A DNA stretch of 63,521 nt, counting the filler, from Phoronis australis (taxonomy: Eukaryota; Animalia; Phoronida): assembly GCA_002633005.1 (NCBI GenBank). It is 7 parts of 7 records of this genome, joined end to end, with 100 filler letters (N's around TTAATTAATTAA, not from the genome) between each part and the next. Parts side by side here need not be neighbours in the genome. Positions count along the whole stretch, not along the records: positions 51,858 to 55,925 come from NMRA01002717.1; positions 56,026 to 61,926 come from NMRA01002255.1; positions 62,027 to 63,521 come from NMRA01001950.1; 4 more parts are not named here. One strand, written 5' to 3'. Both the position numbers and the translations under genes were made by a program. The notes below the pieces were generated by a model. The model was not told the origin of the DNA. It saw only the letters and a list, made by a program, of their open reading frames with translations, and made no database searches. Shown in pieces: positions 52,136 to 63,521 of the stretch (positions within the stretch are counted from its first letter, which is position 1; each line of letters begins with the position of its first letter).

Positions 52136-53875
52136 CCGTTACCTCGGTGAATTTTTACATAGGCGTTATGGCCCACCTTTTTCGCAATCAAAGTGGACTT
52201 GGGGTGGAAACGAACGCAAGACCGATCCTCAATGTGTTTCATAGCCAGGAGTATGGCATTTTCATAGTCTGTTCCTGAAATATAGGATAAATGTATTGAG
52301 TGATAGATGTGTTGAGTGATAGTTGTATTGAGTTTCTCTAGGTACAGTTTGTTGAGAGTATTCATAACCGCGATTGCTCATGAAAGCGAAATCTAACTTA
52401 TCTCTATTAAATTATCAGGAATAATCCACCGTGAACAAAATCGCTCAAGGGTAGGTCTTTTCAAACCCAGCTTGTTACGAAAAGGGAGGTCCATATCAAA
52501 CGTAAGGTTTCTGAATATAATTATGTATCACAAACTATGAATAGAAAACCTATAATGAAAGTTAGTGTCGTGATCTGTGCGCCGTGAGGCCAATAGAAAT
52601 GAAAGAATATATAAGTTGTCTACTTCCACGTTATTTTGTTTGCCACTTAGCGAGCTAAAGGAGGCCGGAACCCTTGGATCCCTCCCCTGGATCCGTCTAT
52701 GCATTAACATGACTACTTTTACGCTGAGCTCATTTCATTAAAGCCATTTGTTGAAAAATGCCTTTAAATAAAAAAATCTACCAACCTAGTGAACTGTCGA
52801 AAATATATGGCACCATTGCCTTTGGCCACCGATAGCGTTCATGAAGAATTGCTTTCCTCTTTTCCGTTTCCAACCTCTTGTGTACGCCACCATCTACCGT
52901 CGATTTTACCGATTCCTCTATAAATTGCAGCTGGTCTCTGGTCAGCTTCATGTCAGACTCTAGTGTATCTGGGGACTCTGCTTCCTCAGGAGGTTCTCTG
53001 TTCTCTTTTCCTCTCTGTAAAATGTTGTGCAAATAAAAGCAACAAGCTGCTGCATAGATTATTCATAATACATCTCCAACCAAATTAGAAATTAGTCTTT
53101 AGTCGACACTGTATCTCACATCAAGAGGGCTTGTGTAATGTTTTTATCATGTTTTTCCATTAGAACTCACATACCGAGCAAAAGCTGCAGACCAAAGACG
53201 AAGAGGATAAAAATGAAAACCATACGCGTTATTCAGTCCTTGATTCTGTGTGTCCGTGTAGTAAGCGGAATAATCTGGTATTTGATGAACAATATTTCCA
53301 ACCAAAGACGTTAATTCCCCCTCTGTGGTCTCTCCTCCAACCATTCTCAACTGATTTCGACCAAAATTTGCAAAAAGTAATTTTTACGAAGTGCCGCACC
53401 GGGTGTCGTCAACAATTTGTGATTCCACTGCACTTTCCTGATTTTTTCCCCGTTCTCGATTTTCACGCATCGGTGTAGTGGAATGCTATTCTGTGCGGGG
53501 TGTATTCTAAAAAAGAGTGCAGGTGATCTGATGTCTTCTGCGGTGCATCAGACGTGCCCAGGCCTCATGGTCCGGCCCATTGTACAAAAACACTAGATTG
53601 GGTCTTCTATCTTTCAAAATTCGACCAAACTTTCAAACAAGTATGCTTTCGTAGTGCTGTACACGCACATCGTCAGAATTTTATCGACCACATTTTTGGA
53701 ATTTTGACCCGTTCTTGGTTATGTGGGCAATTCCTTAATTTTCAAATTTCGGGCAAACTTTCAAACAACTAAGCGTACGAGGTGTCGCATCGCGTATCGT
53801 TGGCATTTTGCAATTTGACCGCATTTTCCAAAATTCTAGCCCCTTTCTAATTCCTCGCATCCGTGCAGTGAACGT

Positions 53876-53955
<80 letters not shown>

Positions 53956-55027
53956 ATGCGGAGACAACCCCAGCAGACCATGTATTGCTGAGGACAAAGT
54001 GAGTTCAATTTCATTTTAATGATTTCCTAACACTAGTTAATATATGAACATTGGAGTTGCCTTTGTTTTTATTTCTAGCTTAAAACTTCTGGTTAAATGT
54101 AATAGCTGGGAAACGATTCCCTTCGATACGAGTGATCGGATATTAGGTGGGAATGAGGTTACAAGTAGTCTTTTCTCAGTTGATTTGTATGTCCAGATCT
54201 GGTCATGCGAACTGGGACGAGAGAAGGGAACGCGGTGCGGGGGCAGGGAGTAATGTGCAATAACAGGTTTAATACGCCCGTGAGCAAAGAAATGTGTTCG
54301 CGAGACGCAAAAAATGTTCCGGGTGGGGGAATGCCTTTTTATATCCCGCTGAACAGGTTCGCTTGCAATATATTTCCCCATACCTTGTGTGTATAATCGT
54401 AGGCCTACAGAATGTTTGCGCGGTAGCCTAATTCTTTTTGCATTCACGGTTATGGTTTTTTATTAGCCGTTTCGTCACCGTTTATCCAGTCTTTGCCGAT
54501 TGCTGCAACCAAGCCATACTGGCGAACTAGTAATACCACACTGAAACTCAAGCTGGCAATGTGAGATTATATCTAATTAAAAAATTCGAATATTTTACTA
54601 TATTCTCTTTCTTTTATCCAATTGGCCTGACAGTAGATTTAAATCCCATTTGTCCTCTAACTGGTCACGTATGTAACAAGTTCTAACTTACCTTGTGAGA
54701 GCTCACTTTAAAGCCTCGTTCTTCCACCAACTTTTTGAGAGCGTCCTCCACTTCCTCGTGGTATTTTACAGCGTCCTGCAAAAAGTTGTCAAAACAGATT
54801 TAGCCAACATGATAACTATATCCAAACAAAAATAATTCGTGTAATGAATGAATAGAAAAGATCATTATCACAAAACAATGGCTCGAAATGGGTAACGAAA
54901 ACACAAATCGGCCTTTTTTCCTGGATGACGGAATCTATTTCGTCTTTGAAATTCTTACCTTCGTCGGTGCTGAAGACACCAGCCCAATAACCGTTAGGGA
55001 GAGAACGAAGGATATTGTCACCTTCAT
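52136..55027 (-). CDS. Secreted astacin-family (M12A) zinc metalloprotease, first four exons: 55027-54959, 54775-54692, 53014-52786, 52274-52136
   Basis: Signal peptide MKVTISFVLSLTVIGLVSSAPTK; propeptide with LESDM (FxGDI-like switch); KRKA maturation site; RWPKAMVPYIFD...AILLAMKHIEDRSCVRF...YVKIHRGNG. All introns are GT-AG with consistent phases (0,0,1,2). The HExxH exon is missing (gap). Confidence 0.9.
53879..53956. repeat. (GT)n(GCGT)n compound microsatellite
   Basis: Seen directly, in astacin intron 2. Confidence 0.95.
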
Positions 55028-55154
55028 TGTCGCATGTGTACAAAATTGGATGACAAGTAAAAATTGAACAGTGTCGGAGAATTGCGCTATTGTTACCCGG
55101 CTCAAAGTTTGTCCAGAAGTTATCGTAATTATACAAACGTTTCGAAACGGCGGC

Positions 55155-55161
55155 TTTTATA
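55155..55161 (-). promoter_or_regulatory. TATA box of the astacin gene
   Basis: cgccTATAAAAgcc on the minus strand, about 130 bp upstream of the ATG at 55027. Confidence 0.6.
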
Positions 55162-56027
55162 GGCGCTTCGGCTCAATACGAAACGCCCTTAGCGTAAATA
55201 GATAGCTAGATTTATTTGGCACGACTATTAATGGACGCGTGGGACGAGTTATACGCGTTGGTGGCTTAGGTGGCCGGTCGGGAGACACGTGTCGGTACTT
55301 CTAAACGAACCAATAAGAATTTAGTTACAATAGTCAACTGGGGCATGGACCTAAGTGGTTGAAGCATAGATACTCGTTCTATAGTCTTATGGTTCAAGGA
55401 ACCAATCACGGTGGTAATTGAAAACCACGGTCATAACCTGTCTTTTAGCGACGTTTTTAGTGTATAGGCGTTTACCTTGTTTTCTTTCAATACTAATATG
55501 TTGCCCACTCTATTAATGTTGATAATAATAATTTTCTAAGAGGCACAGTGATTGCAAAAACATTTAGCACTCCACACGTTACACTGCTCACGTAATTAGC
55601 CTTGATGAGTTATTCGTTGACGAAAAGATTGTTAACTTTTATTGGTGATTTTTAATGAAAAATGTATTTTACTTCAAAACCCGTAACATCCCGTCTAAAG
55701 TTTTTCACGACGTCACGTTGGTCACTTCTGAAGGAAATACCTATCTATTTCTCTTTGCATTTCTGTGCGTTAAAAATAAAATTACAATTTCATCAAACAT
55801 ACATCCTTATGAGCAATTATCTAACGATTAAGAAGTGTTAGATTTGATGTCTAAAGTATTTTTGGTTGTCATCATACTTTATCATTCCTGTGTTGTCTGC
55901 CAGTCAGTGCGTATACTGGGTATATNNNNNNNNNNNNNNNNNNNNNNNNNNNNNNNNNNNNNNNNNNNNTTAATTAATTAANNNNNNNNNNNNNNNNNNN
56001 NNNNNNNNNNNNNNNNNNNNNNNNNAA

Positions 56028-56189
56028 AAGTTATCAGAAGCAGAGGTTGTGTCTGCAGCAATGTCAGTATCTCCCGATGTTGCAAATCACTCTGCTTCAG
56101 TACGAGGTAAAAGGTCGAGTAGTCGATTAGTAGCGCCCTCTGCTGAGGAGGAGGACAGCGATTCACTGGATGGCACTTTGTACTTGTGA
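56028..56189 (+). CDS. Probable terminal coding segment of an unidentified gene (5' part in gap)
   Basis: Open frame from the contig start, KLSEAEVV...KRSSSRLVAPSAEEEDSDSLDGTLYL-stop, followed by about 3 kb of repeat-poor AT-rich sequence resembling a 3' UTR. Confidence 0.4.
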   Translation, partial: KLSEAEVVSAAMSVSPDVANHSASVRGKRSSSRLVAPSAEEEDSDSLDGTLYL

Positions 56190-59100
56190 AACAACGGTTG
56201 CTGATTGGCAAAATATTTGTTCAAATGGCTGAGAATTAAGAGCAAAACCAGAGAATTTCAAAATATTGAAATTTATACAGTGAAGCTGTGAATCACTTTC
56301 AATAAATACCATTTTTTAAAATCAATAGCATTGTATTAAAAATCTTCTTTTCTGCATACATGGCTAATTTTATAATCACTGGCCTGAAGGAACTTTTATG
56401 TATAATGACAGGTTATTCGCAGCAGAGGACTACATTTATCCAAAATATTTCTAGGGAATTGTCGAAATCTACTTACTAAAAGCATTGAAGACTAATTTAA
56501 AAATGGAATTTTTTCTTTAATGCCTCGAATATTTTCGTTGCGCAATTTGCAATATGTCTACGCAATGTCTCTGCCCTTGAGTGGTCCAAAGCAGCATTGT
56601 TAACTCTAAACTGCGTCTTTCATTTGATTAGTCGTGTGATTGTTGAGTTCTGCTTAAGCAGGAATGTTCTCGTACGTGGTGTATCTGTAAATGTGTGTGC
56701 TCAATAATTGGCCGCAGTTTTTATTTATTTCCCAGTTTTGCTGATATTAAACAAGACCATAGTCTACGTAAGGACTTGATGAGAATTGTGTTTGTTTCTG
56801 TGAGAGCACTTGATACATTCGCTGTCGGATTTTTATGTTGGATATTGTATAAGTATGATTGCATGGAAACAAAATTCTTTAGCTAGGTTCATAAACACTC
56901 TGACTGGACCTCTGGTGACTACTCTTTGAACCATAAGTGTCCTGGATAATGTCCGTTCCCCAGACCTCAGGCTTCTTAAATTTGAAATTTGTTTGCATAG
57001 AAAGAAATGACTTAGGATACAAACAGACTTGAAATATGGACATTTTGTTGTACTTTTACTGTGAACTTTGTTCTTTTAATATGATCTTGAAATCATTGAT
57101 AAAGTTTAAACTGGCAGACTACTCATGGAAGTTTCTTATAATATGTACGTACTCCATACAAAAACATGTCATAATTAATTGAAAAATTACGAATCTATTC
57201 TTGCGGCCAACAACTGATTTATTGTGAGGCAACCTACTTCCTTCAACTGATTAAAATAAATGAAAGTTGACAATAAGGTATCTGTTGTTCAGAAGAATAG
57301 ATTCATTTATTTTGCATTAATTATTAGTCATTAGTATTCTCAGATGGGTGAATATCCATGGTTTTAAGTACACGTCATGTAAAACAAGGTCATCTTCAAC
57401 GAAACTTGTCTGACATGTTGGATTAATTTGAAAGTTGTTTATGTCGAAGATGCTGTTTACCTGCTCACTGTCAAAAACAAACTTGATTTATGGTCACTAA
57501 CAGTGAAATGGGCCCAGGCTTGTGGCTTATGCATATCTGGTGCACTGCAGTATTCATAGCTCTACCTGTGTGTCATATGGCTGATCCCAGCGTGTTCTTT
57601 AGTCAGAATTGTAGTGATTTCTGGGCTTGGGATGAAATGTGAACTTGTCCTTGCTAGAGACCTTGCCATGGTAAAGCCAGTTTGGTTGGCGTGGTATCGA
57701 GCAATACCAAATTGTAGGTTTTCAAATGTCCAGAAATCACTTTAAGTCTGAATAACCTGGAGGTAGTTTTATAGCGATCAGTAGCTAAATGAAAATTATT
57801 TTTTGCCCAGAAAGCGAGTGCACTGCAGCTTTAACATAGATGAAGTTTTGTTGTTTATGGTATTGTGTGCCATTTTATAGATATTTGCCACTATGGCGAG
57901 TTTGTTTTGTACAGCTAACTTGTTGTTATAACTTGTAAATATGTGAAGTAAAATTTAATGAAAATTCCAAGTTCTGAAGTTGTAAATATATCAAAATGCA
58001 CCTTGTGTATCACATGAAATAAAATGCTTAAGGAGACATATGCTGTCCATTTTACTCACTGCTTAATGCACAAATTATATCTAGAGTCACTGCATTACAC
58101 AAGATGTGTCTCTAACTTTTCCATGCCGTGACAGAAAATGATTTCCATGCCCCATCATCCTTCCAAACATTTGCTGATTTATTTCAGTCTGGGGTGATCT
58201 CTCAATACCTTTGGAGACAAATTATGGCAGCTAAAATTGTGAGACCAGCTTGACGGAAGTAACCTACAGTACATGTCAGTCATGACAGGTAATCACCCAT
58301 CACGACTAGTCGTTACGCACGATGACTGATCATTATTCGTTATAACAGGACATTCTAGCTACCTTGATGGTGAATTCCGCTGACACTCAGCCACCGTGAT
58401 GGGGAATTACGCGTCATTGTGTCTAGTTTTGGTGTCTACTGTATTTCAAGATTTTATTTTAAGACTGAACAGAGTTTTTGTTTTTTGCAGTATAGTGTTA
58501 ATACCTTGTATTTAACTCTTGCAAAACATTCCATTGCCTGGTGTTTTACATTTGTTTTATCTGATTTCTTATGACAATCAAAGCTACACGCTATGGAGGA
58601 ATATTTTAATTTCAAATTTTACTTAACAAGTGAAGAAACGGACCAATTGCTAAACTCTGCTCTATTCTCTATGCAATTGTGACCACTAACTTGCTATAGG
58701 AATGAAAAGCAGTGGACTAAGTTGATCTACATACCTCTAAACCACTTTTTAAAGATAATGCGCTGTGAAAATGAATTTCTTTTTCTCCCCAACTGTGCAA
58801 CATTGCCAAATGGAAGAGATTAAGACAGAAAAAGTTCAGTTTAAAGTGTCATTAATCCTGTGCTATGTGTGAATAAAAAGTTCTGATTTAGGCCACTTAA
58901 TGTTTAAAAATAGGTCTTTATCTTAATCCTTACCAAGTTTGACACTTTGCTATTTCTTCAAACCAAAGTCATAAACGTTCAGGTTAAGTTAGCTTTCTCA
59001 TCGCTTAGAAATCACATCTCTTGATTAAGGAACAACTTGAGACTAATTTCATAAGGGTAGTAAAGATGTCTAAATCAAAACTGGGTTTTGACAGAAAGCA

Positions 59101-60388
59101 TATGTTCAGTTAATGCCAAACATCGCTCACTGCTTTCCAGAAAAGAATGTTAAATAAGTGATAATATGCTGACTTTGTTTTGTGAAATTAGATGTTTTTA
59201 TTTGTTAACAGAATCACAACTTAGAAATCATTATAATATTTAGCAGTCAATGTCAACACTATTCAATTCAAAATATCAAAAGATATTTTATATGCGATAA
59301 AAGAAGCATGTAGTTTTTATCATGTTATTAAAGTACCCTAGCATGTTTTTATCAATAACGGCAACAAACGCGGCTAAAATGGACCAGATAAAACATGGAC
59401 TTCTGTAATTCTATTAGAAATCCTTAGTTTAGAGAAGTAGGCATGGGAAATATTTTTAAAGAAATCAACACTGAAAAAAATTTAAAACCTCTTACAGAGC
59501 AATATTTGAAAACCTTATTGATCGGTTGTGTTCATCATGTTGGGGTGGAATCATTCGTCTTGTTTTTTATGAGGCGAGTTGACAGTCCTAAGTAGATGTT
59601 AAATCTTTACACTAAATCGAGTACATTGATTGCTTCAAGCAATTTACCAGCCTCCATTCATTTCATTATTTTTTGTAGTAGAATTTTGAATCTCAGCCCA
59701 TCCGTGAAACTTCAACAATTCACTTATCGGTAAAAAGTCAGATTTTGTTTTTATTTGCTAACTCACAGAATGGCATTATAGCACTTGGCACTATTCAAAA
59801 TACCATGGAATACTCTACATGAGATAAATTAGCATTATACCGCAACATATGCAACTGAAGAACTGTGACTGAGTGAAGTCAATGTTGAAGCTGTTGTTGG
59901 CCGAGCGTTCTTCAGTTGTGAGTGGACTAGTTACTTCACCTGACAACAGAGGACTCCGTCATCGAGCGGAAATGTCAATAAAAGCACGAATTCAACTCGA
60001 TTGGTCTCAGATCTTGCTTTTCAGAAAGCCCGTGGATTATGTAAGTACTTGAAGTCACAGATGAGATCAAAATCGTAGTTTTAAGATGGACTTAATAGTA
60101 ATGTGAAGGATTTGTTGTCTTTATTTTGCTTTTTAAATCAAACAATTATTAACTGATTCAGCCAAGTTGCGTAGGCCTACTACCTTATCTACCGTATCGT
60201 GTGGTCCACAGCAGTTAGTGTCTCCGCCAAGCCGTTTCAGTTCGGAGATACTAGTAATTTACTAAACATTGAAAGAATTTTGAAGGAATAAGTAAACTTA
60301 CTGCCATCAAGTGTTGTCCTTGGCTTGTTTTTTTCACCAATTCTGAAAGTTGTAAAGCAGCTGAATATCTGAGTTTCTGCCTAAATCC

Positions 60389-61599
60389 TAGGCAATGACC
60401 ATCGCCTCTGTTGGCCCGAACCAGAGGCGATGTAGAGGCTATAGGCACTCTGTACGCCGGAAGCTTTTCGGCGAATTATGCCTCGCACCGACTAAACCAT
60501 CAAAGTCACGTTGTTATAACTACCTTTTGCGCATAGACGAACACCTTAGGAGGTTGTCGATGTGTTTAAGTTCTTCCAACTCGAACAAATACTCCCGTTA
60601 TGAAACTTTTTCTTCGAGCAGTCCCTATTTCAGTTCCCAAAATCGTGAANTGTGACTCACTCATCACTGGAAGTATCGCCATCGGTATACCTAGTCCCAC
60701 TCCTAGGCAATGTCAATGACCATCGCCTCTGTTGGCCCGAACCAGAGGCGATGTAGAGGCTATAGGCGCTCTGTACGCCAGAAGCTTTTCGGCGAATTAT
60801 GCCTCGCACCGAGGAACACCTTAGGAGGTTGTCAATGTGTTTAAGTCCTTCCAACTCGAACAAATACTCCCATTATGAAACTTTTTCTTCGATCAGTCCC
60901 TATTTCAGTTCCCAAAATCGTGAAATCAAAATTTTTGTACTGCGCACGCTCCAACTTTTACCGCGCTCGCTAGGTGATGTGACTTCATAACCTCAATAAT
61001 TTTTAAATAGGCCAAAGGTGAGCCATTGCGGTCTTGTCAGTCAAATGACATTCGTTTCCAAAATGCCACCACTTATACTTGTCTTTAATTGGCGTTACTT
61101 GAAACTGTTTGTATTTCAATGAATTATTGTTTGTATTTGATAAAAATAAATGCTGTTGATATGACATTTAAAAGTCTTTGTGCACATATTTGACATTTTA
61201 ATGTTTAACAACACGGCAAATGCACGGCTGGTTCCCGGCAGCACGTACGCAAAGGGCGGGAACTTCAGCTTTCAAAGTTCGCCGGTAGGATCGCAACTTC
61301 TGACCTTCGGCCTGGTTAAAAAATATGAAAATTTTGATTTCACGATTTTGGGAAATGAAATAGGGACTGCTCGAAGAAAAAGTTTCATAATGGGAGTATT
61401 TGTTCGAGTTGGAAGAACTTAAACACATCGACAATCTCCTAAGGTGTTCGTCTATGCGCAAAAGGGAGTTATAACAACGTGGCTTTGATGGTTTAGTCGG
61501 TGCGAGGCATAATTCGCCGAAAAGCTTCCGGCGTACAGAGAGCCTATAGACTCTACATCGCCTCTGGTTCGGGCCAACAGAGGCGATGGTCATTGCCTA
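60389..61599. mobile_element. Non-autonomous long-TIR DNA transposon with 9-bp TSD (MuDR- or AcademH-type)
   Basis: About 270-bp TIRs starting TAGGCAATGACC and ending GGTCATTGCCTA. TSD cctaaatcc at 60380-60388 and 61600-61608. An extra left-TIR copy lies at about 60704-60930, after single n 60650. Confidence 0.85.
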
Positions 61600-63521
61600 C
61601 CTAAATCCGTGACCAAGGTAGTAAACCGTGAAGTTTAAGAAATAACTAACTTTGTTACTAAAACAAAAAATTTTTTTAGCTCTAAAACAATAATAATAAT
61701 ACAAAGAAATTTGATGTAAATGGAATCCAATGTTTAACTGCTGGTGTGTCAGTTGGGGATCACTCAGACTAGTGTGCCACAAGGCAAACAGAAAATGTAG
61801 AAGTAATTTCACGAAAAAATAATTAAGAGCCATAGAAAGGTATGTATTTGTTACAGCTTGATGACCGTGATTAAATAAATAACTACCTAAGAAGAACAAT
61901 TATTCGCAAAACTTTTGATCTTGAAANNNNNNNNNNNNNNNNNNNNNNNNNNNNNNNNNNNNNNNNNNNNTTAATTAATTAANNNNNNNNNNNNNNNNNN
62001 NNNNNNNNNNNNNNNNNNNNNNNNNNAGCTGAGTAACTACTGGGGAGTTGGAGAGTTTACACAGTACTATATACATTAGGCAGTCTCTGGGTACCAAATC
62101 ACGGTATCAGACATATTTAAGCTAACCTTGAAGATCCCGTTACATGTTAAAAAATTAACTGGCTGAAATCTGCACCCAAATTGGTCATAGGGGAGTTTAC
62201 ATAGGCTGTTTCAAAACACTCTAGTACTACAAACCTAAGGCACTTTTTATAGACTAACTACTGTGTCTGTGTATAGAACAGCCTTTCATACTAAGGTTTT
62301 GTGCTGATGTTTTGGAGGAGTTGTAGTCAGTATGAACGGTTAACTTCGGTCCTGCATTGAAGTTGAGAGCACCAGTTAACTTTGCAGAAACCAGGTGGAT
62401 TTAGCAGTGAAGCGAAGACACTGCGGTGCAGTATGAACAGCCAACTTTGGTCCCATCGAAGTGATGGCCACGGGCAACTGACTGTTATCGTTATTAAAGG
62501 GCAGTGTCGTCAGCATGTTCACTAGTAAAATCACCAATCAAAGTAGAAATAAGTTTTATGTCAATTAGTAGATGTAAATGCTGCCACATTGTCAAATTAC
62601 GAAACTCTCAGTTTGCATGCAAAACATCAGCACTACGTTGCGATTACTTCTATGATGACAGCGCCACCTACTGTTTACTTCGATGTCCGTTAACTACCAA
62701 AGCCGGAATGAACGGATCAGTTAACTTGGTAGCTAACCTGGGCGCTCATAGCAGAGTTAAGTTAGTAGGAAAGGTGTCAACACATAACTCATTCTCAGAA
62801 CATTGCAAGCCTGTCTAAACATCTGAATGAAACTGAATGTGGATGAGAGGCAATCCACATCTATGACTGAAAACATGAAAGTGACATCCACACAGATTGA
62901 TCAATACTGAAGTTGGTTTCTAATCATCTTTTCTACTTTATTCGACATGGACCTAACTGGCGAAATCTCCAAGAGAATTTTAATGGGAGGCTTCATATAT
63001 TCAGTTTCAAGCCACGCATGCCAATATAGCCCCCTCCCCCCCACCCAAACAAGGGTAGCAGAAATGTGATGCTCAAAACTACACTAGTTGCATACTTTGT
63101 GACTAGTTGCATACTTTGTGACTAGTTACACACAGGCCTTTATGCAGCCTATGTCCTGGGTGTCCACTTGGACACCCTAGCACTAATCTGGACGCCCTGG
63201 CAAGGACGCCCAATGTATCATTTGGACACCCACTATCAATAGGAACCTTTCAGTTTGGACACACACACATTGTAATTGTGATTACTAGGAAACCTATGAA
63301 GACTCACAGTGGTGGCTCTTTTTTTCAAAGCAGGAAGACATATACAATGTACCTATGTACAAAGTATATACATTTTATGTTGCTATGCTCACACTTGGTT
63401 GATAACATTGTAAAAGTCTTGGTCTACACAGTTTTTTTAGTAAAAATGCTCACTACAGAAGGCTGTTTTGTAAACTTAGATGTAAAAACCTTGGTCTATG
63501 CATTTTTTTGTAAAAAAAAAT

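Overview
This is eukaryotic DNA, not prokaryotic: AT-rich, with GT-AG introns and dense transposon content, most likely a marine invertebrate draft assembly. It has six 100-bp N-spacers carrying TTAATTAATTAA, two longer N gaps, and several single-n joins with duplicated flanks. There are no rRNA, intact tRNA or CRISPR loci, and most listed ORFs are noise. Host-gene pieces that can be supported: (i) the last exon of an extended-Tudor protein (minus, 10.4-10.6 kb); (ii) four 5' exons of a secreted astacin metalloprotease with signal peptide and TATA box (minus, 55.0-52.1 kb); (iii) a MAM exon and two C-type lectin exons (plus, 44.5-49.0 kb), possibly the same gene split by scaffolding; (iv) a candidate Cys-rich propeptide (12.9 kb); (v) an orphan terminal exon (56.0 kb). 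Between 13.6 and 39.8 kb lies a repeated array of exon-intron cassettes with symmetric phase-1 micro-exons (33-51 nt, minus strand), partly decayed. Mobile DNA includes a Kolobok deletion derivative (THAP plus KolX-like remnants, TTAA TSD), Academ-like ends, Helentron-type HINEs, L1-like and L2/CR1-like fragments, a tRNA-SINE and several MITE/foldback elements. All family assignments come from motif recognition by eye, not database searches.
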